Of a DNA stretch of 26,483 bases, positions 1-9,295 are shown one piece after another (the stretch's first letter is position 1; every line of letters begins with the position of its first letter). Below the pieces are notes generated by a model. The model was not told the DNA's origin. It did not search any database and saw only the letters and a program-made list of their open reading frames with translations. Position numbers and translations under genes: made by a program. The stretch is taken from positions 1-26,483 of IMG/VR virus record IMGVR_UViG_3300032247_000617; one strand, 5' to 3'. This stretch comes from a virus (taxonomy: Duplodnaviria > Caudoviricetes).

Positions 1-3000
1 GTACACTAACAAGTTTAACTGTAACAGGTAATGTAAGTGCAGGTAATGTAAGCGGTACATTATTGACAGGTACACTAACAACTGCGGCTCAGCCAAATAT
101 TACTTCTGTTGGTACACTAACAAGTTTAGCAGTAACAGGTAATATCAGTGGTGCTAATATTACTGGTAATCATTATGGTGCAGGTAACAACTTATCAAAT
201 ATTCAAGGTGCTAACGTAACTGGTCAAGTGGGTAATGCACTAGTTGCAGGTACAGTATATACAAATGCACAACCAAATATTACAAGTGTTGGTACACTAA
301 GTTCACTACAAGTTACAGCTAACATTGGTGCTGGTAACGTATTGGGCGGCAACTTAGTAAGTGCTAATTATTTCACAGGTACATTAACAACAAACGCACA
401 ACCAAATATTACTAGTGTTGGTACATTAACTTCATTAGCAGTAACAGGTAACACAACAACAGGTAATTTAACTGGTGCTAACTTAGTAAGTGCTAGTTAT
501 GTAGCAGGTGTATTAACAACTGGTGCACAACCAAACATCACAAGTACAGGCACGCTAACTAGTTTAGCAGTAACAGGTAATACAACAACAGGTAATTTAA
601 CTGGTGCTAACTTAGTAAGTGCTAATTATTTAACAGGCACATTAACAACTGCGGCACAGCCAAACATTACTAGTGTTGGTCAATTGAGTTCATTACAAGT
701 TACAGCTAACATTGGTGTAGGTAACGTAATTGGTGGTAACTTAGTAAGTGCTAATTATTTAACAGGCACATTAACAACTAATGCCCAACCAAACGTTACT
801 TCCGTTGGTACATTAACTTCATTAGCAGTAACAGGTAATACAACAACAGGTAATTTAACTGGTGCTAACTTAGTTTCAGCTAGTTATGTAGCAGGTGTAT
901 TGACAACGGGCGCACAGCCAAACATTACAAGTACAGGTACATTAAGTAGTTTAACCGTAACAGGTAACGTAAGTGCAGGTAACGTAAGTGGTACATTAAT
1001 AACAGGTACATTAACAACTGCGGCACAACCAAATATTACTAGTGTTGGTACAAGTTTAACAGTTAATGGTAATTTAACAGCAGGTAACTTACTTGCAAGT
1101 GCAATGGTTAATGGTAATAGTAACGTAGCTATACCATCAGCAAATGGTAACGTAGTCATCAACTCAGCAGGTAATGCAACATTAACTGTAAGTGGTACGG
1201 GTGCAAACATTACAGGTACAGCAAATATTACAGGTAATGCTAACACAGGTAACTTGGGCACTACAACATTAATCGCTACAACAGGTAATATCACAACTAT
1301 TAACAGTGGTTTATTACAAAACGGTAACAGTAACATTACTATTACTGCTAACGGTAACATTGGTCACTATGTAACAGGTAATGCTACTAGCCAATTGACT
1401 GTAACTGCGACTGGTTCTAATATTGCAGGATATGCTAATATTGGTGGCAATATAACATCAGCAGGTAACTTAACTGTATCAGGTACAGGTGTAAGTTCTA
1501 TAGCAGGTAACTTGAACATGAACAGCAAGTATGTTGTTAGTGTTTCAGACCCAGTTAACTTGCAAGACGTTGCTACAAAGAATTATGTTGATACCAAAGT
1601 AACAAGTGGTATATCTTATCACCAGCCAGTAACGGCAGCAACTACCACAACATTAGCTGTAGCTACAGGTGGTACAACAGCATACAATTCACCAAACGGT
1701 GCAGCCAACGGTATTGGTGCTTACATCAGCACAACTGGTACATTTAATTTAATTGATACAGCAAACGTTCAAACTGTAGGTACTCGTATCTTAGTTAAAG
1801 ATGAAGCAAACGCTACATGGAATGGTGTTTATACATATGCTAACACAACAGCAATTGTTCGTTCTACTGATACTGACCAATATGGTGCAGATAGCGTAGA
1901 AGAATTTAGTATCAACGATTATTTCTACACACAAGGTGGTACAGTAAATAAAGGTGTTGCTTTTGTTGTATCAGCACCAACTGGAACAATTACATTTGGT
2001 ACAAGCAATATTACGTTCAGCCAATTCAGTAGCTCACAAGTTTATAGTGCTGGTACTGGATTAGGCTTAACTGGAACAACATTCAGTATCGCTAACACAG
2101 CAGTCACAGCAGGTTCATATGGTAATGGTGATAGCGTAGCAACATTTACTGTTAATGGTCAAGGTCAATTGACTGCGGCAAGTAACGTAACTATTACAGC
2201 TAATGCGGCTAACTTAAGTGGTACAACACTAAAATCAACAGTTGTAACTTCTAGTTTAACAAGCGTTGGCACACTAGGCAACTTAACAGTAACAAGTAAT
2301 ATCTCCGGTGGTAACGTAGCAGTTACATCTAACACATCTACTAGCAACTTAGTAATAGGTGGCTCAACTCCTGATACTAGAGTAACAATATACGGTGTAG
2401 GTCAAACAGCAATTTATGCAATTACCGGTAACTCTACAACAACAGGTACAGATATTCATATTTCTGGTGCTGACAGTTCACAAACACGTATCACGCAAGA
2501 TTCGTTTGGTAATAGTAACTCATATGTAGCATTTACTGGTCGTTCTGCACGTGGTTCAGCGGCTACTCCGCTACAATCACAAACTAATGACATCTTGTCA
2601 CAGTTTACAGGTCGTGGTTTCAGTAACGGTAGTTTACAATTTGGTAACTCATCTACTGGTCGTGTTGACGTAGTAGCGGCAGAAAATTTCACTGATACAA
2701 GTCGTGCAACAAAGTTATTAGTATACACAACAGCAGTTGGTGCAATCACTCCAACAGCAACAGCAACATTTGATAGCGCGGGCGGCTTTACTGCAACAGG
2801 TAACGTAAGTGGCGCAAACGTTAATGGTACATTCTATGGTGCGGCTACTGGTCTAACAAGTATTCCTGGTGCTAACGTAACAGGTACAGTACCAACAGCA
2901 ACAACAGCAGGTACAGTAACAACTGCGGCTCAACCTAATATTACTTCAGTTGGTACATTACTTAACACAACGTTAGGTGCAAGTAACTCATTCTCAGGTG

Positions 3001-4580
3001 GTAATTTAGTTTCAGCTTCATTCTTAACTGGTACGTTAACGACTGCGGCACAACCAAACATCACTTCAGTTGGTACGCTAAGTTCATTGGCTGTAACAGC
3101 TAATATTAGTGCAGGCAACGTAAATGCACCAACATTTGGTGCTCATAACGGTACAGTTGGTGCAACAACAGCAAACACTGGTGCATTTACTACAATTAGT
3201 GCAAGTGGTCAAATCACCAGTACTGTAGCTACAGGTACTGCACCATTCGCAGTATCATCAACAACTACTGTTGCTAACTTAGCGGCTGCGACAGCAACGA
3301 CGGCAGGTACTGTAACAACTGCGGCACAACCAAATATTACATCAGTGGGTACATTAACAAGTTTAGCAGTAACTGGTAATATCAGTGCAGGTAACGTAAG
3401 TGCTACAACATTTACAGGTGCATTGTCAGGTGCGGCAACAAGTGCAACTACAGCAGGTACAGTAACAACTGCGGCTCAACCAAATATTACATCAGTTGGT
3501 ACGCTAAGTTCATTGGCTGTAACAGGCAACGTAACAGCAGGTAATGCTAACGTAACTGGTCAGTTGATTAGTACAATTGCTACAGGTACAGCACCTTTAG
3601 TAGTAACAAGTACAACTCAAGTTGCTAACTTGTCTGTTGCAACAGCGGGTAGTGCAACTACAGCAGGTACAGTAACAACGGCAGCACAGCCAAATATCAC
3701 TTCAGTTGGTACATTAACATCATTGGGTGTAAATGGTACAGTAACGGCAGTAGCATTTACTGCTAACACAGGTGTGTTCACTGGTAACGGTAATGGATTA
3801 AGTTCTATTGTTGGTGCTAACGTAACTGGTACTGTTTCAAGTGCTACTACAGCAGGTACTGTAACAACTGCGGCTCAACCAAATATCACATCAGTGGGTA
3901 CATTAACTTCACTTGCTGTTACAGGTAATATCTCTGCGGCTAACGTAACAGCAACACACTACGGTGCGGCTACTGGCTTGACATCTATTCCTGGTGCTAA
4001 CGTAACAGGTACAGTACCAAGCGCAACTAGTGCAACAACAGCAGGTACCGTAACAACTGCGGCTCAACCTAACATTACTTCAGTTGGTACATTAACTGGT
4101 TTAACATTATCTAATGCGGCAGTAATCTCTGTAGGTTCTAATACTAACGTTGGTACATTTACAGGTAACTTCTCATTAAGTGCAGGTTCAAGATTGAATG
4201 CTACATACGCTGACTTGGCAGAAAAATATGTTGCTGACTCAGAGTACACACCTGGAACAGTTCTAGTATTTGGTGGTGAACAAGAAGTCACATTAGCTAA
4301 TACATTTGATAGCACACGTGTAGCTGGTGTGGTAACAACTAACCCAGCTTACACTATGAACAATGATTGTCAAGGTGAACACGTGGTTAATGTTGCGCTA
4401 CAAGGTCGTGTACCAGTTAAAGTAACAGGTAATGTTGCTAAAGGTGACTTAATGGTTACAGGTGAAAACGGTCGTGCAATTGCTAACAATGAAGCACGTG
4501 CTGGTACTATCATCGGTAAATCATTAGAGAACTTTACAGGTACTGAAGGTACTATTGAAGTCGCAGTTGGTCGATTCTAA
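1..4580 (+). CDS. Long repetitive tail fibre / adhesin-like virion protein, 5'-truncated by the window edge
   Basis: Frame stays open upstream of the TTG at 63 (TLTSLTVTGNVSAG...). 15 copies of AQPN[IV]TS; neck-like motif DPVNLQDVATKNYVD; fibre motif GTRILVKDE...NGVY; C-terminal YADLAEKY...VALQGRVPVKV...IIGKSL resembles the peptidase G2-like autocleaving chaperone domain of phage appendage proteins. Confidence 0.85.
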   Translation, partial: TLTSLTVTGNVSAGNVSGTLLTGTLTTAAQPNITSVGTLTSLAVTGNISGANITGNHYGAGNNLSNIQGANVTGQVGNALVAGTVYTNAQPNITSVGTLSSLQVTANIGAGNVLGGNLVSANYFTGTLTTNAQPNITSVGTLTSLAVTGNTTTGNLTGANLVSASYVAGVLTTGAQPNITSTGTLTSLAVTGNTTTGNLTGANLVSANYLTGTLTTAAQPNITSVGQLSSLQVTANIGVGNVIGGNLVSANYLTGTLTTNAQPNVTSVGTLTSLAVTGNTTTGNLTGANLVSASYVAGVLTTGAQPNITSTGTLSSLTVTGNVSAGNVSGTLITGTLTTAAQPNITSVGTSLTVNGNLTAGNLLASAMVNGNSNVAIPSANGNVVINSAGNATLTVSGTGANITGTANITGNANTGNLGTTTLIATTGNITTINSGLLQNGNSNITITANGNIGHYVTGNATSQLTVTATGSNIAGYANIGGNITSAGNLTVSGTGVSSIAGNLNMNSKYVVSVSDPVNLQDVATKNYVDTKVTSGISYHQPVTAATTTTLAVATGGTTAYNSPNGAANGIGAYISTTGTFNLIDTANVQTVGTRILVKDEANATWNGVYTYANTTAIVRSTDTDQYGADSVEEFSINDYFYTQGGTVNKGVAFVVSAPTGTITFGTSNITFSQFSSSQVYSAGTGLGLTGTTFSIANTAVTAGSYGNGDSVATFTVNGQGQLTAASNVTITANAANLSGTTLKSTVVTSSLTSVGTLGNLTVTSNISGGNVAVTSNTSTSNLVIGGSTPDTRVTIYGVGQTAIYAITGNSTTTGTDIHISGADSSQTRITQDSFGNSNSYVAFTGRSARGSAATPLQSQTNDILSQFTGRGFSNGSLQFGNSSTGRVDVVAAENFTDTSRATKLLVYTTAVGAITPTATATFDSAGGFTATGNVSGANVNGTFYGAATGLTSIPGANVTGTVPTATTAGTVTTAAQPNITSVGTLLNTTLGASNSFSGGNLVSASFLTGTLTTAAQPNITSVGTLSSLAVTANISAGNVNAPTFGAHNGTVGATTANTGAFTTISASGQITSTVATGTAPFAVSSTTTVANLAAATATTAGTVTTAAQPNITSVGTLTSLAVTGNISAGNVSATTFTGALSGAATSATTAGTVTTAAQPNITSVGTLSSLAVTGNVTAGNANVTGQLISTIATGTAPLVVTSTTQVANLSVATAGSATTAGTVTTAAQPNITSVGTLTSLGVNGTVTAVAFTANTGVFTGNGNGLSSIVGANVTGTVSSATTAGTVTTAAQPNITSVGTLTSLAVTGNISAANVTATHYGAATGLTSIPGANVTGTVPSATSATTAGTVTTAAQPNITSVGTLTGLTLSNAAVISVGSNTNVGTFTGNFSLSAGSRLNATYADLAEKYVADSEYTPGTVLVFGGEQEVTLANTFDSTRVAGVVTTNPAYTMNNDCQGEHVVNVALQGRVPVKVTGNVAKGDLMVTGENGRAIANNEARAGTIIGKSLENFTGTEGTIEVAVGRF
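63..1050 (+). repeat. Coding tandem repeats, mostly 129 bp (43 aa) units, 8 AQPN[IV]TS copies
   Basis: Unit e.g. AQPNITSVGTLSSLQVTANIGAGNVLGGNLVSANYFTGTLTTN (43 aa); near-identical DNA between units. Confidence 0.9.
2890..4100 (+). repeat. Second coding repeat block, 7 copies of TTAAQPNITSVGTL with variable spacers
   Basis: Seen directly in the translation; most copies are preceded by ATTAGTV. Confidence 0.9.
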
Positions 4581-4585
4581 AAAAG

Positions 4586-4636
4586 GTCACATTGTATTTT
4601 GTAAACATTTTTTAAAAATGATAAGTACAATGTGAT
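4586..4636 (+). promoter_or_regulatory. Intergenic stem-loop covering the downstream GTG start; contains ATAAGTA (late-promoter-like)
   Basis: TCACATTGTA (4587-4596) is the exact reverse complement of TACAATGTGA (4626-4635); inner near-palindrome CATTTTTTAAAAATG (4606-4620). Confidence 0.6.
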
Positions 4637-5078
4637 TAATGTTTTTCAATTAGAATATGTAACTAGGTTAAAGAGTTGGTACGACCTTAGGAAATCCCTC
4701 GAAAATAAAGATATTGCTACTGTCTGTCTAGAAATAGACAAATGGTGGCAATATGCACCTTTGGTTAACCGTCACTTACACCATCAGGATGTGGATAATT
4801 GGCCAGGTCCATGGGATTTATTAAATGACAACACATACTGTCAAATCTCTAGGGGTTTGGGTATGGTTTATACACTATTACTATTGGGTATAAAAGATAT
4901 TGACTTTTGCCTAGCAAAAGACGATAATAGTGAAGAATTTGCCTTAGTCATGGTTGACCGCGCAAAATATGTATTGAATTACTACCCAAACTCAGTTCTA
5001 AATATTAATTCGACTCAATTTAAAACAGACTATAAAATAGATATAGCCAAAATAAAAAGTATAATAGGTGAAAAATGA
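4632..5078 (+). CDS. Hypothetical protein, possible transglutaminase-like/papain-like fold
   Basis: 148 aa; ATGA overlap with nrdA; WPGPWDLLNDNTYC...GMVYTLLLLG resembles the W-x-x-P...C...Y-x-L pattern of BTLCP-type proteins. Confidence 0.6.
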   Translation: MINVFQLEYVTRLKSWYDLRKSLENKDIATVCLEIDKWWQYAPLVNRHLHHQDVDNWPGPWDLLNDNTYCQISRGLGMVYTLLLLGIKDIDFCLAKDDNSEEFALVMVDRAKYVLNYYPNSVLNINSTQFKTDYKIDIAKIKSIIGEK

Positions 5079-7381
5079 TTAATGTAATTAAACGAAATGG
5101 TAGAAAAGAACCATTGGATCTAGAAAAATGGCAAGCACAAGTTGCAAAAGTATGTAAGGGCATAGCAGATGTAAGCCAGTCAATGGTAGAGATTAAAAGT
5201 CAACTACATTTTTATGATGGTATATCGACAAAACAAATTGATGAAATAACACTACGGGCAATAGTTGACCTAATTGACGTTGAATCACACCCTGATATTG
5301 GACACACTAATTATCAATTTGTTGCGGGAAAACAAAAGTTGAGTATGTTACGCAAAGACGTATACGGAGAATATCAACCGCCTCATTTATATAAAATTGT
5401 AAAAAAGAACGTAGATACTGGGTTATACTCTAACGAATTGCTTGAATGGTATACCGAAGATGATTGGAACAAGATGAATGATATGTTGGATCATTCTAAG
5501 GATGAGCAATATAGTTATGCCGCCATTGAGCAACTCATTGAAAAATACTTAGTAAAAAATCGTAGCACAAAGGAAATATATGAAACTCCGCAAATTAGAT
5601 ACATTATCGCCGCAGCCACAGTCTTCCATAAAGAAGAACCAAATAGTGCAAGAATGCGATATATCAAAGAATACTATAACGCAGCCAGTGACGGTTTATT
5701 CACATTGGCTACACCAGTGTTGGCAGGTCTCGGTACGCCTACTAAGCAGTTTAGTAGTTGCGTACTTATTCGCTCGGATGATGATTTGGACAGTATTTTC
5801 GCATCAGGAGAAATGATGGCAAAATATGCTAGCAAACGTGCTGGCATAGGATTAGAGATTGGAAGACTACGTCCACTAGGATCACCTATTCGTGGTGGAG
5901 AAATCATGCATACTGGCATGATACCATTCTTAAAGAAATGGTTTGGTGATTTAAGAAGTTGCAGTCAAGGAGGTATTCGCAATGCAAGTGCTACAGTATT
6001 TTATCCCATTTGGCATCATCAGTTTGATGACCTTATTGTGCTTAAAAACAATCAGGGTACAGAAGAAACTAGAGTTAGACACATGGACTACGGAGTTGTC
6101 CTTAGCGCATTCTTTTGGAAACGTTTTAAAAACAAAGAAAATATCACCTTCTTTGATCCGAACGAAGTACCTGACTTATACGAAGCCTTTTATCGTAACA
6201 CAGCGTTATTTGAAGAACTGTATGTAAAATACGAAAATACACCAAAATTACGCAAAAAATCAATGGCTGCTGAAGAAGTATTCAAAAGCGGTATACTAAA
6301 AGAAAGAACAGATACTGGTCGCATCTATCTAGTATTCATTGATAATGTAATGAATCATGGGCCATTTGATCCTGAGTATCATACTATTTACCAGAGTAAC
6401 CTTTGCTGTGAAATACTATTACCTACTAAATCTTTTAAACGTCTTGATGATACTGATGGTCGTATTGCTCTTTGTACGCTCGGCAGTATCAATTGGGGAG
6501 CATTCCGTAATCCAGAAGACATGCGCCGTGCTTGCCGCATTTTACAGCGCAGTCTATGCAATATACTTGATTACCAAGACTTTTTAAGCATACAGAGTAA
6601 ACTAAGCAATGATGAAATATCTCCTCTTGGAATTGGCGTCACTAACTTAGCATACTGGCATGCAAAACGTAGCTATAAATATGGCGAGAAAGATGCACTA
6701 CAAGAAGTTAAATCATGGATGGAACATCAGGCATTTTATCTTACCGAAGCCACAGTTGAATTAGCTAAAGAAAGAGGTGCATGTGTCGATAGTAATAAAA
6801 CACGATATGGACAAGGAATATTCCCTTGGGAATTACGCGCCAATGGTGTTAATGACTTAGCAGACTTCACACCTGAATTAGATTGGGAAACACTACGTAC
6901 TAATATGAAGCAATATGGTGTTAGAAACGCTACGCTAATGGCTATTGCTCCTGTAGAATCAAGTAGTGTAGTTATCAATAGCACAAACGGAATTGAGATG
7001 CCAATGAGTTTGATTAGTGTGAAAGAAAGCAAAGCGGGAAGTTTTACGCAAGTTGTCCCTGAATATGGAAAACTCAAAAACAAATATCAACTGATGTGGG
7101 AACAAAAAGACTGTGATGCTTATTTAAAAACATCCGCAGTTTTAGCAGCCTATGTGGACCAAAGCATAAGTACTAACACATTTTACAATCCTGCATTTTT
7201 TGTAGATAAAAAAGTACCAACTACATTGATAGCAAAAAATTTAATGCAAGCGCATATTTGGGGATTAAAAACTTTTTACTATAGTTTGATTAATAAACAA
7301 GGTAGTAAAGAAACACCAGAAGACAGACCATTGGAACTAATTGATTTTGATGAAGAAGATTGTGAAGCATGTAAATTATAA
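5075..7381 (+). CDS. nrdA: Ribonucleoside-diphosphate reductase class Ia, alpha subunit
   Basis: N-terminal ATP cone (VIKRNGRKEP), QFSSCVLI, SQGGIR, SNLCCEI active site, KTFYY tyrosine pair, C-terminal CEAC. Confidence 0.98.
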   Translation: MINVIKRNGRKEPLDLEKWQAQVAKVCKGIADVSQSMVEIKSQLHFYDGISTKQIDEITLRAIVDLIDVESHPDIGHTNYQFVAGKQKLSMLRKDVYGEYQPPHLYKIVKKNVDTGLYSNELLEWYTEDDWNKMNDMLDHSKDEQYSYAAIEQLIEKYLVKNRSTKEIYETPQIRYIIAAATVFHKEEPNSARMRYIKEYYNAASDGLFTLATPVLAGLGTPTKQFSSCVLIRSDDDLDSIFASGEMMAKYASKRAGIGLEIGRLRPLGSPIRGGEIMHTGMIPFLKKWFGDLRSCSQGGIRNASATVFYPIWHHQFDDLIVLKNNQGTEETRVRHMDYGVVLSAFFWKRFKNKENITFFDPNEVPDLYEAFYRNTALFEELYVKYENTPKLRKKSMAAEEVFKSGILKERTDTGRIYLVFIDNVMNHGPFDPEYHTIYQSNLCCEILLPTKSFKRLDDTDGRIALCTLGSINWGAFRNPEDMRRACRILQRSLCNILDYQDFLSIQSKLSNDEISPLGIGVTNLAYWHAKRSYKYGEKDALQEVKSWMEHQAFYLTEATVELAKERGACVDSNKTRYGQGIFPWELRANGVNDLADFTPELDWETLRTNMKQYGVRNATLMAIAPVESSSVVINSTNGIEMPMSLISVKESKAGSFTQVVPEYGKLKNKYQLMWEQKDCDAYLKTSAVLAAYVDQSISTNTFYNPAFFVDKKVPTTLIAKNLMQAHIWGLKTFYYSLINKQGSKETPEDRPLELIDFDEEDCEACKL

Positions 7382-7392
7382 AAAGGCATTGT

Positions 7393-8181
7393 ATGGCAAG
7401 AAAAATATTAGTAACTTTTGGATGTAGTTGGATGTACGGTGTGGGCACCGGATATGAAGAGGGAATGACCCTCAAAGACTATAACATATTAAGATATAGT
7501 GTTGGTAGTGTTGAAGTAGCTAACACAGTTAGTTTTAGGGGCCTATTAGCTAAAAAATATGATTTTGAAAACATAAATTTTGGGTTAGGTGGTTCTAGTA
7601 ACCAACATCAATTCTTACTCTTAAAAAAGTTTTTTAATTCAGATAGATATAAAGACCTTGTTAAAGAAAATGCAGAAATTGTAGTGTTACATGGTATAAC
7701 ATCAACCGCAAGATCCTACTTTTATGATATCAATGCTAATATAGCAAAGGACATTATGTTTAATAATGGCATAGCACAAAGCCCTGCTATCAAAAGTTAT
7801 GTATTAAATTATTATAATCATGAACATGAAATTCAACTGCTAACAGAAGAAATTCAATTTATTAATCAGTTCTATAAAGGAAATGGTATTAAAAATTTAT
7901 GGTTCGATACTTTTAATACACATAAGTATAATTTTGAACTTAATAATTTTTTAGGACACAATGATTTTGAAACACGTGATTTGTTATCTCAAATGGCACT
8001 ACAAACCGGTATAGAAGGTATGGATAGAAAATATCATACTTCAACGTGGAAAGTTGATAGCAACAGAGTAGAATTTTTAGTTAATAGCAAGCATTTAAAT
8101 CCTTTTAGTCAACACCCAACAAAATTAGGTCACCAACTGATAGCAGATATAATTAGCAAAGAACTTGAGAACATAATTTAA
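7393..8181 (+). CDS. SGNH/GDSL-like hydrolase or acyltransferase
   Basis: Block I-like TFGCSWMYG, block II-like NFGLGGSSN, C-terminal HPTKLGHQLIAD. Confidence 0.7.
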   Translation: MARKILVTFGCSWMYGVGTGYEEGMTLKDYNILRYSVGSVEVANTVSFRGLLAKKYDFENINFGLGGSSNQHQFLLLKKFFNSDRYKDLVKENAEIVVLHGITSTARSYFYDINANIAKDIMFNNGIAQSPAIKSYVLNYYNHEHEIQLLTEEIQFINQFYKGNGIKNLWFDTFNTHKYNFELNNFLGHNDFETRDLLSQMALQTGIEGMDRKYHTSTWKVDSNRVEFLVNSKHLNPFSQHPTKLGHQLIADIISKELENII

Positions 8182-8182
8182 T

Positions 8183-9283
8183 ATGAGCAAACAACAATAC
8201 AACTTAAACAACAAAACAGACTATTTGAATAGAAAAATGTTTTTGGACCCAGAAGGTCCCGTAACCATTCAACGGTTTGAAGAGGTAAAATATAATAAAC
8301 TAGTAAAAATTGAACAGACTGCTAGGGGTTTCTTTTGGGTACCCGAAGAAATAAACTTATCTAAAGACTCCAACGATTTTAAAGAATCTAGCAATACAGT
8401 TAAACATATTTTTACAAGTAACTTACTACGCCAAACAGCATTAGATAGTTTACAGGGTCGTGGTCCTAGTCAAATCTTTACGCCTGTTGTAAGTATTCCT
8501 GAAATGGAAGCACTAATGTATAATTGGAGCTTTTTTGAGACAAATATACATAGTCGTAGCTATAGTCATATTATTCGTAATATCTACAACGTGCCAAAAG
8601 ATGTGTTCAACACGATTCACGACACAAAAGAAATTGTAGATATGGCAAGTAGTGTTGGGAAGTACTACGACAATCTACACCTAATTAATTGCAGAAAAGA
8701 AGTGGGAGAATTTATCTCAGAAGTAGAACATATCAAAGCAATTTGGTTAGCACTTCATGCAAGCTATGCACTAGAAGCATTTAGATTCATGGTAAGTTTT
8801 GCTACAAGTTTAGCAATGGTCGAGAACAAAATCTTTATTGGTAATGGTAACATTATCAGTTTAATTTTACAAGATGAGTTACTACATAAAGAATGGACTG
8901 CTTGGTTAATTAATCAAGTAATCAAAGAAGATCCTCGTTTTCTTAATGCAAAATTAGATTGTGAAAAAGAAGTATATCAAATTTATGCTGATGTAATTCG
9001 TGAAGAAAAAGAATGGGCTGAGTACTTATTCAAGTTTGGTCCTGTTATAGGATTGAATACAAACATCCTTAAAGACTTTGTAGACTTTACTGCAAAAGGA
9101 GCATTAAGTGATATTGGTATTAAATATCAATCACCTGCTCCAAAGTCAACTCCTATCCCTTGGTTTAATAAACATAGTGACACAAGTAAAAAACAAACAG
9201 CACTACAAGAGAGTGAATCAACAAATTATGTTATTGGTGTAATGGGTGATACATTAGACTATGACGCATTACCAAATTTATAA
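8183..9283 (+). CDS. nrdB: Ribonucleoside-diphosphate reductase class Ia, beta subunit
   Basis: FFWVPEEI; metal ligands in QTALDS, FETNIHSRSY (with the radical Tyr), LEAFRF and QDELLH; C-terminal QESESTNY. Confidence 0.98.
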   Translation: MSKQQYNLNNKTDYLNRKMFLDPEGPVTIQRFEEVKYNKLVKIEQTARGFFWVPEEINLSKDSNDFKESSNTVKHIFTSNLLRQTALDSLQGRGPSQIFTPVVSIPEMEALMYNWSFFETNIHSRSYSHIIRNIYNVPKDVFNTIHDTKEIVDMASSVGKYYDNLHLINCRKEVGEFISEVEHIKAIWLALHASYALEAFRFMVSFATSLAMVENKIFIGNGNIISLILQDELLHKEWTAWLINQVIKEDPRFLNAKLDCEKEVYQIYADVIREEKEWAEYLFKFGPVIGLNTNILKDFVDFTAKGALSDIGIKYQSPAPKSTPIPWFNKHSDTSKKQTALQESESTNYVIGVMGDTLDYDALPNL

Positions 9284-9295
9284 AAGGAAAATGAA

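Noticed and set aside
63-4100. Regularly recurring ~30-bp DNA repeat (CAACCAAATATTAC...GTTGGTACA) resembling a CRISPR array
   Set aside because: Repeats are in frame within one ORF, vary at synonymous positions, have spacers homologous to each other, and no cas genes are present.
884-4315. Minus-strand ORFs of 60-158 aa opposite the fibre gene
   Set aside because: Antisense shadows of a repetitive, biased coding sequence with no motifs or RBS.
5580-7475. Alternative-frame and antisense ORFs within or overlapping nrdA
   Set aside because: They overlap a conserved, uninterrupted gene and show no independent coding signal.
5075-9283. Possible intron, intein or homing endonuclease in nrdA/nrdB
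   Set aside because: Both genes have normal length (768 and 366 aa) with contiguous motifs; no intein or endonuclease signatures seen.
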